64,000 nt of DNA, from the NCBI GenBank assembly GCA_963715195.1, contig CAVQRT010000031.1, positions 1 to 64,000 on the forward strand, in the 5' to 3' direction. The notes beneath the pieces are model-generated. The model was not told the DNA's origin. It did no database searches and saw nothing but the letters and a program-made list of their open reading frames with translations. Positions within the stretch are counted from its first letter, which is position 1. Every line of letters starts with the position of its first letter. The DNA comes from Thermodesulfovibrionales bacterium. GTDB taxonomy: Bacteria > Nitrospirota > Thermodesulfovibrionia > Thermodesulfovibrionales > SM23-35. The position numbers and the translations under genes are program-made. Positions 40,582 through 51,200 of this stretch are shown piece after piece.

Positions 40582-41775
40582 ATGGAAATGTCAGTGAAAG
40601 ATAGAATGAAAAAACAAAGGATTGTCAAACGCAAGGTCAAACAAAGGGATGAGCTATTAAAGGAAATCGAATTAAGATATAAGGCTCTCTACAACAGTCC
40701 TCTTTTTAGTGTCTTTGTTGTTGATTTTGAGGGCAGATTACTCGATGTTAATAATACTGCTGCAAGATTATTAGGCTATCCCAAAAAAGAACTCACGGCC
40801 CTTAAAATCTCATCCCTTCTTGATAATGATCAATTGAGGCTTGCTTTTAGAACTATCAAACATGTTAAAAAAACAGGATTTTTGAAAGACCCCATCCTGT
40901 TACAAGTGAGAAAAAAGAAGAGTGGATATGTGTTGATGGAGATTGTAGGCACTCTTATATATACAAAAGGAAAACCTTACGCAATTCAGGGTATAGCACG
41001 CGACATTACTGAGCGTAAGCATGCAGAAGAAAGGATACAAAAGCTCAATAAAAAACTAGAACAGCATGTTCTTGAACTCAAAGAAACTAATGAAGACTTG
41101 AGTGCTTTCAATCATTCTATTGCTCATGATCTTCGGACACCACTTGTGATAATTGGTGGATACACAAATAGATTGCTTAAAAAATATGGGGATAACCTTG
41201 ATGCAAATGGAAGAGATATGCTTCAACACATTCAGATTAGTGTTAAAAACATGGAAAGACTTATTAGGGGTCTCCTGGGATTCTCCTATTCTGGTCATAG
41301 AAGAATAGAATCAAAAATCATTAATATGGGAAATCTCGCAAGAATTGTTATAAATGAATTAAAACCTTTGTATGACCAGGGAAAGGTCAAAGTTGATATA
41401 AAAAGACTTCCCAAAGGGTATGGAGATATCGTCTTGATGAAACAAGTGTTTAATAATCTCCTAATTAATGCTTTCAAATTCACGAGACCGATAAGAAAGA
41501 CCCCAGTGATTGAAATAGGAAGTTATCCTAAAAAAGAAGAAAATATCTTCTATGTCAAAGATAATGGTATTGGGTTTAATCCTCGAGATAAAGAGAAATT
41601 ATTTGCTATTTTTCAGAAAGTACATAATAAGGAGGAAATAGAGGGTTCGGGCATAGGGCTTCCAATTGTAGAGCGTATTATTAAAAGGCATAATGGGCGA
41701 GTTTGGGCAGAGGGAAAAATCAATAAAGGAGCAACATTCTATTTCTCACTTCCAAAAGTAGTCGTTAAGAAATAA
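40582..41775 (+). CDS. Cytoplasmic PAS sensor histidine kinase
   Basis: PAS ending RDITERK; H-box HDLRTPL; NLLINAFKF; DNGIGF; GSGIGL. Confidence 0.93.
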   Translation: MEMSVKDRMKKQRIVKRKVKQRDELLKEIELRYKALYNSPLFSVFVVDFEGRLLDVNNTAARLLGYPKKELTALKISSLLDNDQLRLAFRTIKHVKKTGFLKDPILLQVRKKKSGYVLMEIVGTLIYTKGKPYAIQGIARDITERKHAEERIQKLNKKLEQHVLELKETNEDLSAFNHSIAHDLRTPLVIIGGYTNRLLKKYGDNLDANGRDMLQHIQISVKNMERLIRGLLGFSYSGHRRIESKIINMGNLARIVINELKPLYDQGKVKVDIKRLPKGYGDIVLMKQVFNNLLINAFKFTRPIRKTPVIEIGSYPKKEENIFYVKDNGIGFNPRDKEKLFAIFQKVHNKEEIEGSGIGLPIVERIIKRHNGRVWAEGKINKGATFYFSLPKVVVKK

Positions 41776-42357
41776 TTGTGGTGGGAATCATTCTTAATTT
41801 TTATCACATATCTAAACAGTAATATTCAATCTTAATTCATCCTTTCAAGAGAAGAATAGTAGGTAACAGAACCGAAAAGACTATGTTGCCTTCAGGGTAA
41901 AAGATGCACCCCGTCGGATAAATGACTCATTGGCAAGCATGCTTCCTGAATTCCGCATGACCTCTAATCCTGAAATAAGAAGTGCAATTCTCCTGAAATG
42001 AATACATTTTCTTGCATAATTTGACAAATCATCATAGGAAAAATTCCACGGTAGAAAAGCATTGATTCGGTATATGTCAAGAAATGATAGTTGACAGAAG
42101 AGAAAAAATTAATAAAATTAGAAAAAAGGGGTAGTTTTGATGTTTGCGTCAGATCATATTATCGATGCTCACATTTTGGATTTTTTTTGTTGCTCTTCAC
42201 AAATTTTGGGGGTTCGACATTTCACCTCCAGAGTTCCACATAGCCAGCTGTCAGAAACATCGGTAGGTTTTTCGTCAGGGGCACCCGCAGTATAAAAAAA
42301 CAAAAAACATTGGGTTAGGGTGTTCAAGTATACCTTTGTAAAATAAGGGAGGACCCT

Positions 42358-42789
42358 ATGGGATTATTCGATAAGATTTTGGGAGGACAGAAGAAGGAAT
42401 ATCCTCCGCTCGATCTGTCTAGCCCAACCGGGCAAACCGTTCAACAGTTAAAGGGTGCACTTGAAATGATCACGAAACAGATCAACGATCCGATGGAAGT
42501 CGTGCCGGGAAGTGATAAAACATTCGTTTTCGTCGGAAAACCACCGCAACAATTCGGCATGCTCTGGATTCAGGGGGGAGCGGTTCATAACTTTGCGAAA
42601 CTTGCAAAAGAGAAAAATATACCCCAAGTTCAGTTTCAGTTGCTCTCTGAGAAACTCCGTGAAGCCTACAAAAAAAATGCACCCCAAGAGAGATTCTCGA
42701 CGAAGGTTGCAAACAAAACGATTACGATTATGCCATCTGATTCCTTAGGAATGGAAGTAAATCGTATAATAGAGAATCTCAATGGTTGA
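42358..42789 (+). CDS. Hypothetical protein
   Basis: 143-aa ORF with GGGAGG RBS, MGLFDKILGG amphipathic start and a downstream terminator. Confidence 0.8.
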   Translation: MGLFDKILGGQKKEYPPLDLSSPTGQTVQQLKGALEMITKQINDPMEVVPGSDKTFVFVGKPPQQFGMLWIQGGAVHNFAKLAKEKNIPQVQFQLLSEKLREAYKKNAPQERFSTKVANKTITIMPSDSLGMEVNRIIENLNG

Positions 42790-42818
42790 TAATGAAGGTT
42801 TGTTAAGCAAGATCAGTG

Positions 42819-42849
42819 AGGGCGAGGTTAAAATCTCGTCCTTTTTTTT
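42819..42849 (+). terminator. Intrinsic terminator
   Basis: agggcgagg-ttaaaa-tctcgtcct plus T run. Confidence 0.75.
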
Positions 42850-42869
42850 GAGTAGTTCTCCTCCTAATA

Positions 42870-43217
42870 ATCTAAGCTTTTCGTTGAAAGTGTCATTCAA
42901 TACCCTTACAGCCTTTGCCATGTGAGCCGGTGCAAGATTGGAATGCCGGATGGGTCATACCCCAAAGATTTATGACCTAAGAGCCTCGACACAGTTGTCA
43001 GGTCAACACCTGCCACTACTAAATGAGAAGCAGATGTATGCCTGAGATCATGAAAATGAAAATCCTTTATACCAGCTTTTCTACATACTGAATGAAAGCT
43101 TCTCTTGACGTCATCATATTTCATACCAGTTGAGGGATAATAAAAAACATGAGGAATGTCAAGACTTCTATCTGTAAAAAGAGCAAAATCGTGCATGAAT
43201 TGGTTTAAGACGCTCAT
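42870..43217 (-). pseudogene. Tyrosine recombinase/phage integrase C-terminal remnant
   Basis: FHFHDLRHT.ASHL..AGVDL.TVSRLLGH; frameshift before the catalytic Tyr region; N-terminus absent. Confidence 0.85.
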
Positions 43218-44587
43218 CGACTGGTAACGTGTTTATGCGGTCGGTATTTGCGTTTTATTGTTGTAATGGAATGCCGGGGAGCGGACACCTGCTGTTGTGA
43301 CATCCTTTGGATACCTGCACTTTTGAACTTCTGTCCTTCCTCTCTTCTTCCTTGGCACTTATTCTGAGAAATAGTGCCGATTTTGTGGGCTTCAAATGTT
43401 TCCGGTTTTTTCTGCTTACAGAGGCGTTGCGAACCGGTAAACTGGGTATCGTACACAGGCGCCACCTTTTTATAATCGAATCCCTTCATGGTGCGACGCT
43501 CCATCTTTTCTCCGAGCACAAGCTCGATGTTGAGCACAACGCCCTCGTCTTCACGGGTAATGAACGAGAAGGCATCGCCGCTCTTTTCTGCTCGGCCGGT
43601 TCGTCCTATCCTATGCGTGTACGCATCGATAGTATCGGGCATATCGTAGTTGATGACGTGGGATATGCGTAAGATATCGATACCGCGGGCTGCGATATCA
43701 GTCGCAACAAGAATCCGATAGAAGCCGTTACGGAATCCGTCCAGTGCCGCTTGGCGCCTATTCTGAGAAAGGTTTCCTTGCAGCGATACGGCCCGGTAGC
43801 CGGCCTTCTCCAGCTGCTGTCCCACGCGCTTTGCGCGGTGTTTGGTACGAGTAAAGATAAGGACTGACTCCGTATCGTTCTGGTCCAGCACTTCAAGGAG
43901 GAGCGAAGTTTTGAGGTGTTGATCCACAGGGTATAAAGCATGAGCGACCGTACGTGCCGGTGCAGCAGGATCGACTTGCACGGTGATTGGTATGTGCAGG
44001 ATTTCGCGGACAAGCCGCCGGATATCATCTGGCATAGTTGCCGAAAACAACAGCGTCTGCCGTTTAGCCGGCACATGCTTGATGATCTTCCTGATATCGG
44101 GAAGGAAACCCATGTCGAACATCCGGTCCGCCTCATCCAAAACGAGCACTTCCAGATGCGACAGGTTTATCATACCGTGATTTATGTGATCGAGCAGGCG
44201 GCCGGGGCAGGCAACGACGATCTCTACCCCGCTGCGCAGTTTCTGTATCTGCAGGTTCATACTTACGCCGCCATATATGCTTACGCTCCTGAGACGGGTC
44301 TGTCGTCCCATAGTGTTGATTGCTTCGTGGATCTGCTCGGCAAGCTCGCGAGTGGGGGCGATGACGAGGGCTCTAACATGCCGGCCTCCCCCTTGCATCA
44401 GACGATGCAAAATCGGTAGTATGAAAGCGGCGGTCTTTCCGGTACCGGTCTGTGCGAGGGCCACAACGTCTCGCCCCTCTAGGACCGGAGGTATTGCCTG
44501 CACCTGGATCGGCGTTGGTGAGACATAGCCTGCTGCCGTTATCCCAGCTGCAACCCGGGGGTGAAAATTAAAAGCGTGAAATTCCAT
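43214..44587 (-). CDS. DEAD-box RNA helicase (RhlE-like)
   Basis: PTPIQ, AQTGTGKT, PTRELA, DEAD, SAT, HRIGRTGRA; basic C-tail. Confidence 0.96.
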   Translation of the reverse strand: MEFHAFNFHPRVAAGITAAGYVSPTPIQVQAIPPVLEGRDVVALAQTGTGKTAAFILPILHRLMQGGGRHVRALVIAPTRELAEQIHEAINTMGRQTRLRSVSIYGGVSMNLQIQKLRSGVEIVVACPGRLLDHINHGMINLSHLEVLVLDEADRMFDMGFLPDIRKIIKHVPAKRQTLLFSATMPDDIRRLVREILHIPITVQVDPAAPARTVAHALYPVDQHLKTSLLLEVLDQNDTESVLIFTRTKHRAKRVGQQLEKAGYRAVSLQGNLSQNRRQAALDGFRNGFYRILVATDIAARGIDILRISHVINYDMPDTIDAYTHRIGRTGRAEKSGDAFSFITREDEGVVLNIELVLGEKMERRTMKGFDYKKVAPVYDTQFTGSQRLCKQKKPETFEAHKIGTISQNKCQGRREEGQKFKSAGIQRMSQQQVSAPRHSITTIKRKYRPHKHVTSR

Positions 44588-44696
44588 AAATTCTTCAAAC
44601 TCCTTTTTTAGGTCTTATCCAGTTTAATCCAATAGATTTGCCCACGCGATACGTGTTCATATTCTCTGTCCGGCTGAGGGAGCCTTGCCCAATTCC

Positions 44697-44897
44697 TTAG
44701 AGTTTAACTACATTAATCGCCTTGGGACCTTTCGGGCCTTCTTCGGTATCAAAGCTAACGATGTCACCTTCGGTGAGGCTCTTAAAGCCATTACCCTGGA
44801 TAGACGTATGGTGTACAAAAACATCATTGCTGTCTTCACTGGTGATGAAGCCAAACCCTTTGCTGTCGTTGAACCACTTCACAGTTCCTTGTTTCAT
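44697..44897 (-). CDS. Cold-shock protein (CspA family)
   Basis: GTVKWFN..KGFGFI, DVFVHH; AAGGAGG RBS. Confidence 0.97.
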   Translation of the reverse strand: MKQGTVKWFNDSKGFGFITSEDSNDVFVHHTSIQGNGFKSLTEGDIVSFDTEEGPKGPKAINVVKL

Positions 44898-44944
44898 GCT
44901 GTTTACCTCCTTATCCTTAAATTAAAATCTCAGAAGGACTCAAT

Positions 44945-44978
44945 AAAAAAGGCCACAAAGCTAAAAGTCTTTGTGGCC
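44945..44978 (-). terminator. Terminator-like hairpin in csp leader
   Basis: Minus strand ggccacaaag-N8-ctttgtggcc followed by T6. Confidence 0.8.
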
Positions 44979-45014
44979 CTCTGTGAACGCAAAAACTCCT
45001 AAAATCTTGTCTAT

Positions 45015-45043
45015 ACGGTAGCACTTCCCAGCAGGTTAGTCAA
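45015..45043 (-). promoter_or_regulatory. Putative sigma70 promoter of csp
   Basis: TTGACT-17 bp-TACCGT with TG extension. Confidence 0.6.
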
Positions 45044-45208
45044 GGTAATTCAGGAGTGACAGGGTATCGGGGGAGGTGAGTAATGCTTTCTTAAAAAACT
45101 TTATTGGGTAATTCTCCAGCATTATTATCTATGCCTTTTCCAATTGTCTCACATCATGACAGATAGTGCCCCGGATATGAATCTGTTCAGTTGGGATGTT
45201 TCCAATTG

Positions 45209-48200
45209 CTAATTATCTGTGGTGAGTATTCTCACCTCGACAAAGTGTTCCTGATGATCGTCAACAAGGGGAATAGCTTGGTCGTCGCGCTCAACGCCGT
45301 CGACTGTTACACTCATCTCTCTTTTCCCATTGCGCTCTTGCATGATGATAATATGATAAACAGTTTCTCGGTATCGGTAGTGCACCTTGAACATCTCCCA
45401 ATCAGCAGGGAGGCACGGAACGATTCGCAGTTTTTCCTTTTCAAGTTTCAAACCTAGGAGCGACTCCACGATAAGCCGGTACATCCATGCAGCTGAACCC
45501 GTGTACCACGTCCATCCGCCGCGGCCTGTATGCGGCGAGAGCGCATAGACGTCGGCTGCGACAACATAGGGCTCCACTTTGTAGGTCGCAATTTCCTCAG
45601 GAGATCGTGCATGGTTCAAGGGGTTGATCATTGCCAACAGTTCCCATGCACGCTGGCTATCGCCCAATTCAGCGAACGCCATTGCTGTCCAGATTGCTCC
45701 ATGAGTATATTGTCCGCCATTCTCTCTAACACCTGGGACGTATCCTTTAATGTATCCGGGGTTCAAATCCGACGTGTCGAATGGGGGGTCCAGGAGGCGG
45801 ATTAACGCGTGGTCTCGGTCAACGAGGCGCTTGTCAACTGCTTCCATTGCTTTACGCGAGCGCGCGGTGTCCCCTGCTCCAGATAAAACGGACCAGCTTT
45901 GTGCAATCGAGTCAATCTGACATTCGGAATTGTTGGCCGAACCGAGCGGCGAGCCGTCGTCGAAGTAAGCTCGGCGGTACCACTCACCATCCCAGCTATG
46001 CTGTTCGATGTTCTGGCGCAGTTGAGCCGCCTCCCTTTGGCATCGCTCGACAAAGGGCAGGTCACCATGCATGCGGGCAACCTCAGAGAACCGCGTAAGC
46101 ACTGTGTAAAGGAAGAATCCCAACCAAACACTTTCGCCTTGGCCTTTTGCCCCCACAAGGTTCATACCATCGTTCCAGTCACCGGAGCCTATGAGAGGCA
46201 GGCCGTGCTCACCAGTCTTGAGGCCCTTAAGAACGGCTCGCACACAGTGTTCGTACAAACTGGCTGTTTCTTCGGACTGGCTGGGCAGGTCGTAATACGA
46301 GTCCTCCTCTGCATTTATCGGGCGGCCTCTAATGAAATGGATAGATTCGTCCAAGACCCCAGTGTCCCCTGTGTTCAGAACGTAGCGGCACGTCACCAAC
46401 GGCAGCCACAAATAATCATCCGAACAGTGTGTCCGTACGCCTCGCCCTGAATGGGGATGCCACCAATGCTGTACGTCTCCCTCTTGGAACTGGCGGGCTG
46501 CGCAGCGGAGCAAGTGCTCCCGCACGAGACGCGGCTCAGCGTGCACGAGTGCCATCACGTCCTGCAACTGATCACGGAAACCAAATGCGCCTCCCGGCTG
46601 GTAGTATCCGTTCCGAGCCCAGAGGCGGCACGCTATCGTTTGATACAAGAGCCAGCCGTTGGTCATAACGTTGATGGACTGATCGGGTGTTTCTACATTC
46701 ACTGCTCCGAGAGAGTGATTCCAGTAGTGCCAGACTGCCTCGAGTGCGACTCGTGCCGCGCCAGATCCACGAAATCTATGCACCAAGTTTCTGGCATCAT
46801 TGGCATCTCTCCCTACACCGAGTCTGAAGATGATCTCACGCTCTTGCCCGTCCGACAGATCGAATGGGACCTGGATAGCAGCGCAAGGATCCAAAGCGGC
46901 CCCCACCTTTCCCGAAAGCCTCGACTGCGTCATAGCAGCAGGATTTCGAAGTGTGCCATTACGGCCAAGGAACTCAGTCCGGTCGCAGCTTACGGTACGT
47001 GTCGTATCGTCCGCATCGAAGAAGGCAATCCGTTCGGCGAACTCCGTGTTGTATGGGTTCCTTGCGAAGAGAGCGCCGCTGCTGGGGTCAATTTTGGTCA
47101 CTATATGCATTGCCGACTTCGGACGCAGATTCCCAAGCACCCATTCCACGTATCCCGTAGCGGAGAGTCGTCGCGGGCGGCCTGATTCGTTCCTGATCTT
47201 TAACACCATGAACTTGATCGATGCGTCCAAGGCCACATAAACCCACAGCTCAGAGACAATGCCGGCCTCCGTATGCTCGAATATGCTGTAGCCAAATCCG
47301 TGCCGTATGACGTAAGGCGTCATTCCACGACTGGGCAGCGGCGTAAGGGACCAGAAGTGGCCGCTCTCTTCGTCACGGAGGTAAAAAGCTTCTCCACTCG
47401 AATCGCTCACGGGATCGTTGTACCAAGGTGTGAGGCGGAACTCGTGGGCATTCTCGCTCCAGGTATAGGCAAAGCCATGCTCTGAGATAATGGTTCCGAA
47501 ATTTGGGTTCGCTATCACATTCGTCCACGGTGCCGGTGTGACTTGACTGTGTGTCGTCGTAACCACGTACTCCCGACCGTCAAGCGTGAACCCTCCTAGC
47601 CCATTGAAGAAAATCAGATCTTGTCGAGAAAGCCCTGAGTTCGCCAAAGGTTCAACGCGATGCATTGTGGTCGGTATGATAGGCGGAACGCTCACTTCCG
47701 GCAGACGTCGACGGTGAATCTGGTCCCACAGTGTCCCTCTGCTATCGGTGAGGATAGCGCGAGCGACCACTTGGAGGAGAATGCGGTCCTCGTTCGGTAT
47801 CTGGTCGGCAGCTCGCACAAAGATGCCACCTGGGCGATCGGTCATGTTCGCCTCGATGCCTGCGATCAGATCCATGATTTGTTCGTGGAGCAGTTGCCGG
47901 TAGCCGGTGTGATCTTCGTTCCAGATCACCAGGTCCACCGCCAACCCTTTCAACCGCCAGTATGCGTGGGCCTGGACGAGTTGGCGCACCAGTTCGATAT
48001 TAGCAGGGTTTCCAATCTGAAGCAGCACAATTGGCAAATCGCCGGAAATGGAGTAGCCCCACAGTCCGGATTGACCGCGGCGGTTACTGATAAAAACGCT
48101 CGCGTCTGCGCGCAGCGAGGCATTAGCGTAAATTACCGGCCCTGCAAGGTGTTCGTAAAGTTGCGCGTCCGCAGACGTGGCGTTGAGATGCTGCAGGACC

Positions 48201-51200
48201 ACCTGGCTGTGGGTCCATGCCAGATCAAAGACGCGATCAGCGAGGCGCCGATCCTGATATTTCTCGACAAGGCTTAAGGCAGCGTTACGAGTCTCCCCGA
48301 TGCCGGAGACAATATTGATCGTCGCCGTCTTTTCCGGTTCGAGTGTTATGTGATGACGGATCGCGACAATCGGATCGAGCACGGAGCCCTGGCTGCCCGA
48401 GAGCGGAGCGGATCCCTTCATTGCTTGAGGATTGGTGACCGTGTTTCCGCGGCCGATGAATCGCGAGCGGTCGGTCTCGTAGGAAACCGCTTCGATGTTT
48501 GCCCCGTGCACAGTCATTAGGTGAAACATCCAGGGCACCGGTTCGCCGAGGGAGCGGGGCCGGCGGGTGCAAAGAATCGCCTTGCTTTGGGGGAGGATCT
48601 CCGTCTGAACAAATAGATTACTGAACGCTGGATGCAGAGCGTCCGCGGTTGGCGATGTGAGTACGACTTCCGAGTAACTTGTGACATCGATCGCCTTACG
48701 CGTCGCGGCTCGGTTGGTGATGTTGATCCTGCGGATTTCAATATCATCCTCGGGTGAGACGGTGATCTCCGTATGAGTATCAAAGTCGTAATCGCGGCGT
48801 CGAAACTCCGCTCGCGCCTCCGAGAAAATTGCTTCGTAATTGTCCGATCGCTCGAGTGTTGGCTGATAAGCGCTTGACCAGAATTTCCCACTCGTTACGT
48901 CGCGAAGATAACAGAACATGCCCCAGTTGTCAGAGGTAGTGTCTTCGCGCCAACGTGAGACTGCGATGTCCTTCCAACGGCTGTAACCGCCCCCTGAGTT
49001 CGTTACCATCACATGGTATCTGCCGTTCGATAACAACTGCACTTCAGGAATCGGCGTATCCGGGCTGTTGAAAACGCGCACCCGCGGCTTATCACCGCCG
49101 GAAGTTATATGTAAATCGGATAGCTCGGCAGGCGAATAGTATGACGTGGTCTTTGGAATCCGCTCCTGGAGTAACAGAGTGGTTGCCTGAACCAACGGAT
49201 CCGACTCGAATCGTTTTTGCATTGGACGATTCAGGAGAAAAGAGGCCAAAGAGAGGAGGCTCATGCCCTGATGATGCGCCATGAAGGAGCGAACAACGGT
49301 GCTCGATTGCCCTCGGGGTAGACGCGACTGAGTGTAGTCAACCGCCTCATAGAAGCCGTATTTTCCTTCCAGTCCATCCTTGGCTAGTCGCTGTAAATTC
49401 AGACACGCCTCCTTAGGTTCCAGCATCAGCGCTAAGGCCGAAGCATACGGCGCAATAACCAAATCCTCGGTGAGTCCGCGTTTAAGCCCCAGGCCGGGCA
49501 CTCCAAAAGCGCGGTACTGATAGTTGAGACGGATGTCGACCATGTTGTAGCCCGATTCCGACATGCCCCACGGTACACCGCGCTGCTTCCCATACTCGAT
49601 CTGCATCTTCACCGCCGCCTTACAGGTCCGGTCGAGCAGCGTGTTTTCGTAGGTCGGCATTATCAGGAGCGGCATAAGGTACTCGAACATCGAACCGCTC
49701 CATGAAAGGAGAATCGGTTCTCCATCGGCGGTTGTGAGCAGGCGCCCTAGCGCAAACCAACTCTCCTGCGGTAGTTGTTCCTGTGCAATTCCGACGAAAG
49801 TACACAATCTCGCTTCAGAAGCCAGCAAATCGTAGTAGCTTTCGTCCCGACGACGCTCACCAACGTTGTATCCGATAGCCAGAAGATGACGCGCCTCATC
49901 ATACAGGAAGTCATACTCAATGCGAGCGAGTTCGCTGGATTGTTGTGCAAGGAGTTCTATAGCCGCAAGCCTGGCTTTGGCGTGGCCGCTTGCGTTCGCA
50001 ATGAGTCGTCTGAGATCTCCTAACCACTCGCGCTCATTGATGGTCATGTGCTTGTCGAGCCGATCTTTTGTTGTCAACAAAAACTCGTCCTCAAGTCCTG
50101 CCAGTCCGAGCAGCGTTGGGATCTCATCGAGACTGTCAATATCAATGAGTTTATTCTGAAAAGCAGGCAATAATGTCCACGGAGCGAGAAACGTCAACTC
50201 ATCAAGGGCACTTTGGCATTGCCGGGAAAAAGCACGTGCCCAAAACTTCGTGAGACTCTCAGAGTTCCCGTCGAGGCTGTTCACCACCTCCTCAGCCGAC
50301 GTCACCAGACGGTTAAGGCAGAGCCACAGGAGCGTGAGTGTGGTTGGCCGGGAATCGCACGCGGACGCCAGGTCCTCCTGAAGTTGAGCGAATTGCGCGT
50401 TAGCTGTTTCTCCTGCCACATCCGCGAGGACCTTTACCGTGTCGCTAAGTCCGTCAAACAACTCCCCTCCCAGAATTTTCTGATCGGGAAGTGCGAGCAG
50501 ACCCGGCCGTAGTGTCATCAGATTGCCCGCGAGGTTCCCGCTGTCTACCGTCGAGATGTAAGTGGGTAACAGCGGTTTCAGGGAGAGCGTATCGTACCAG
50601 TTGTAAAAGTGCCCTCGGTAACGCTCCATGGCTTCCATCGTGCGGAATGTATTCTCTGTTCGCTCGATAAACTGTCCGGCCGTTATATATCCAAAATCGT
50701 AAGCGGACAGATTTGCCAGCAGCGAAAGCCCTATATTGGTGGGGGATGTGCGATGTCCGACCAAGGGTACACCATACTCTTGATAATTATCAGGCGGTAG
50801 CCAATGATCTTCTGGACCGACGAATGTCTCGAAGAACCCCCACGTCTTTCGGGAAAGCATCCTAAGAAAGATGGTCTGATCGGTAGTCAGACTTGCTTGG
50901 ATGCGAGCGAGCGGACGGCTGATCCACCAGGCGATAGCGGGAGAGGCAAACCAGATGGCCAGCATGGGTCCAGCAAATGCCAGTGCGGACGGTCTTGCAA
51001 GAGTAAGATAGGCAAGCATGGCAAGGGCAATGATGGGAGCGATCCACATCTTCCGATAGAAGGCAAAGAGGTCCACACGGCTCGTTCTATCTGAATCGCT
51101 CGAAGGATTCCACTCTAAGAGTCTTCTGCGTATGGCAAGCCGCCCGGCCGTACGCAGAATCGCATCTAGACTGAAGAAGGCATCGTAGGGGAGACACGCG

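Noticed and set aside
42091..42295. Small ORFs after a TTGACA-16-TAAAAT promoter-like site
   Set aside because: Competing short frames with no motif; may just be the leader of the 42358 gene
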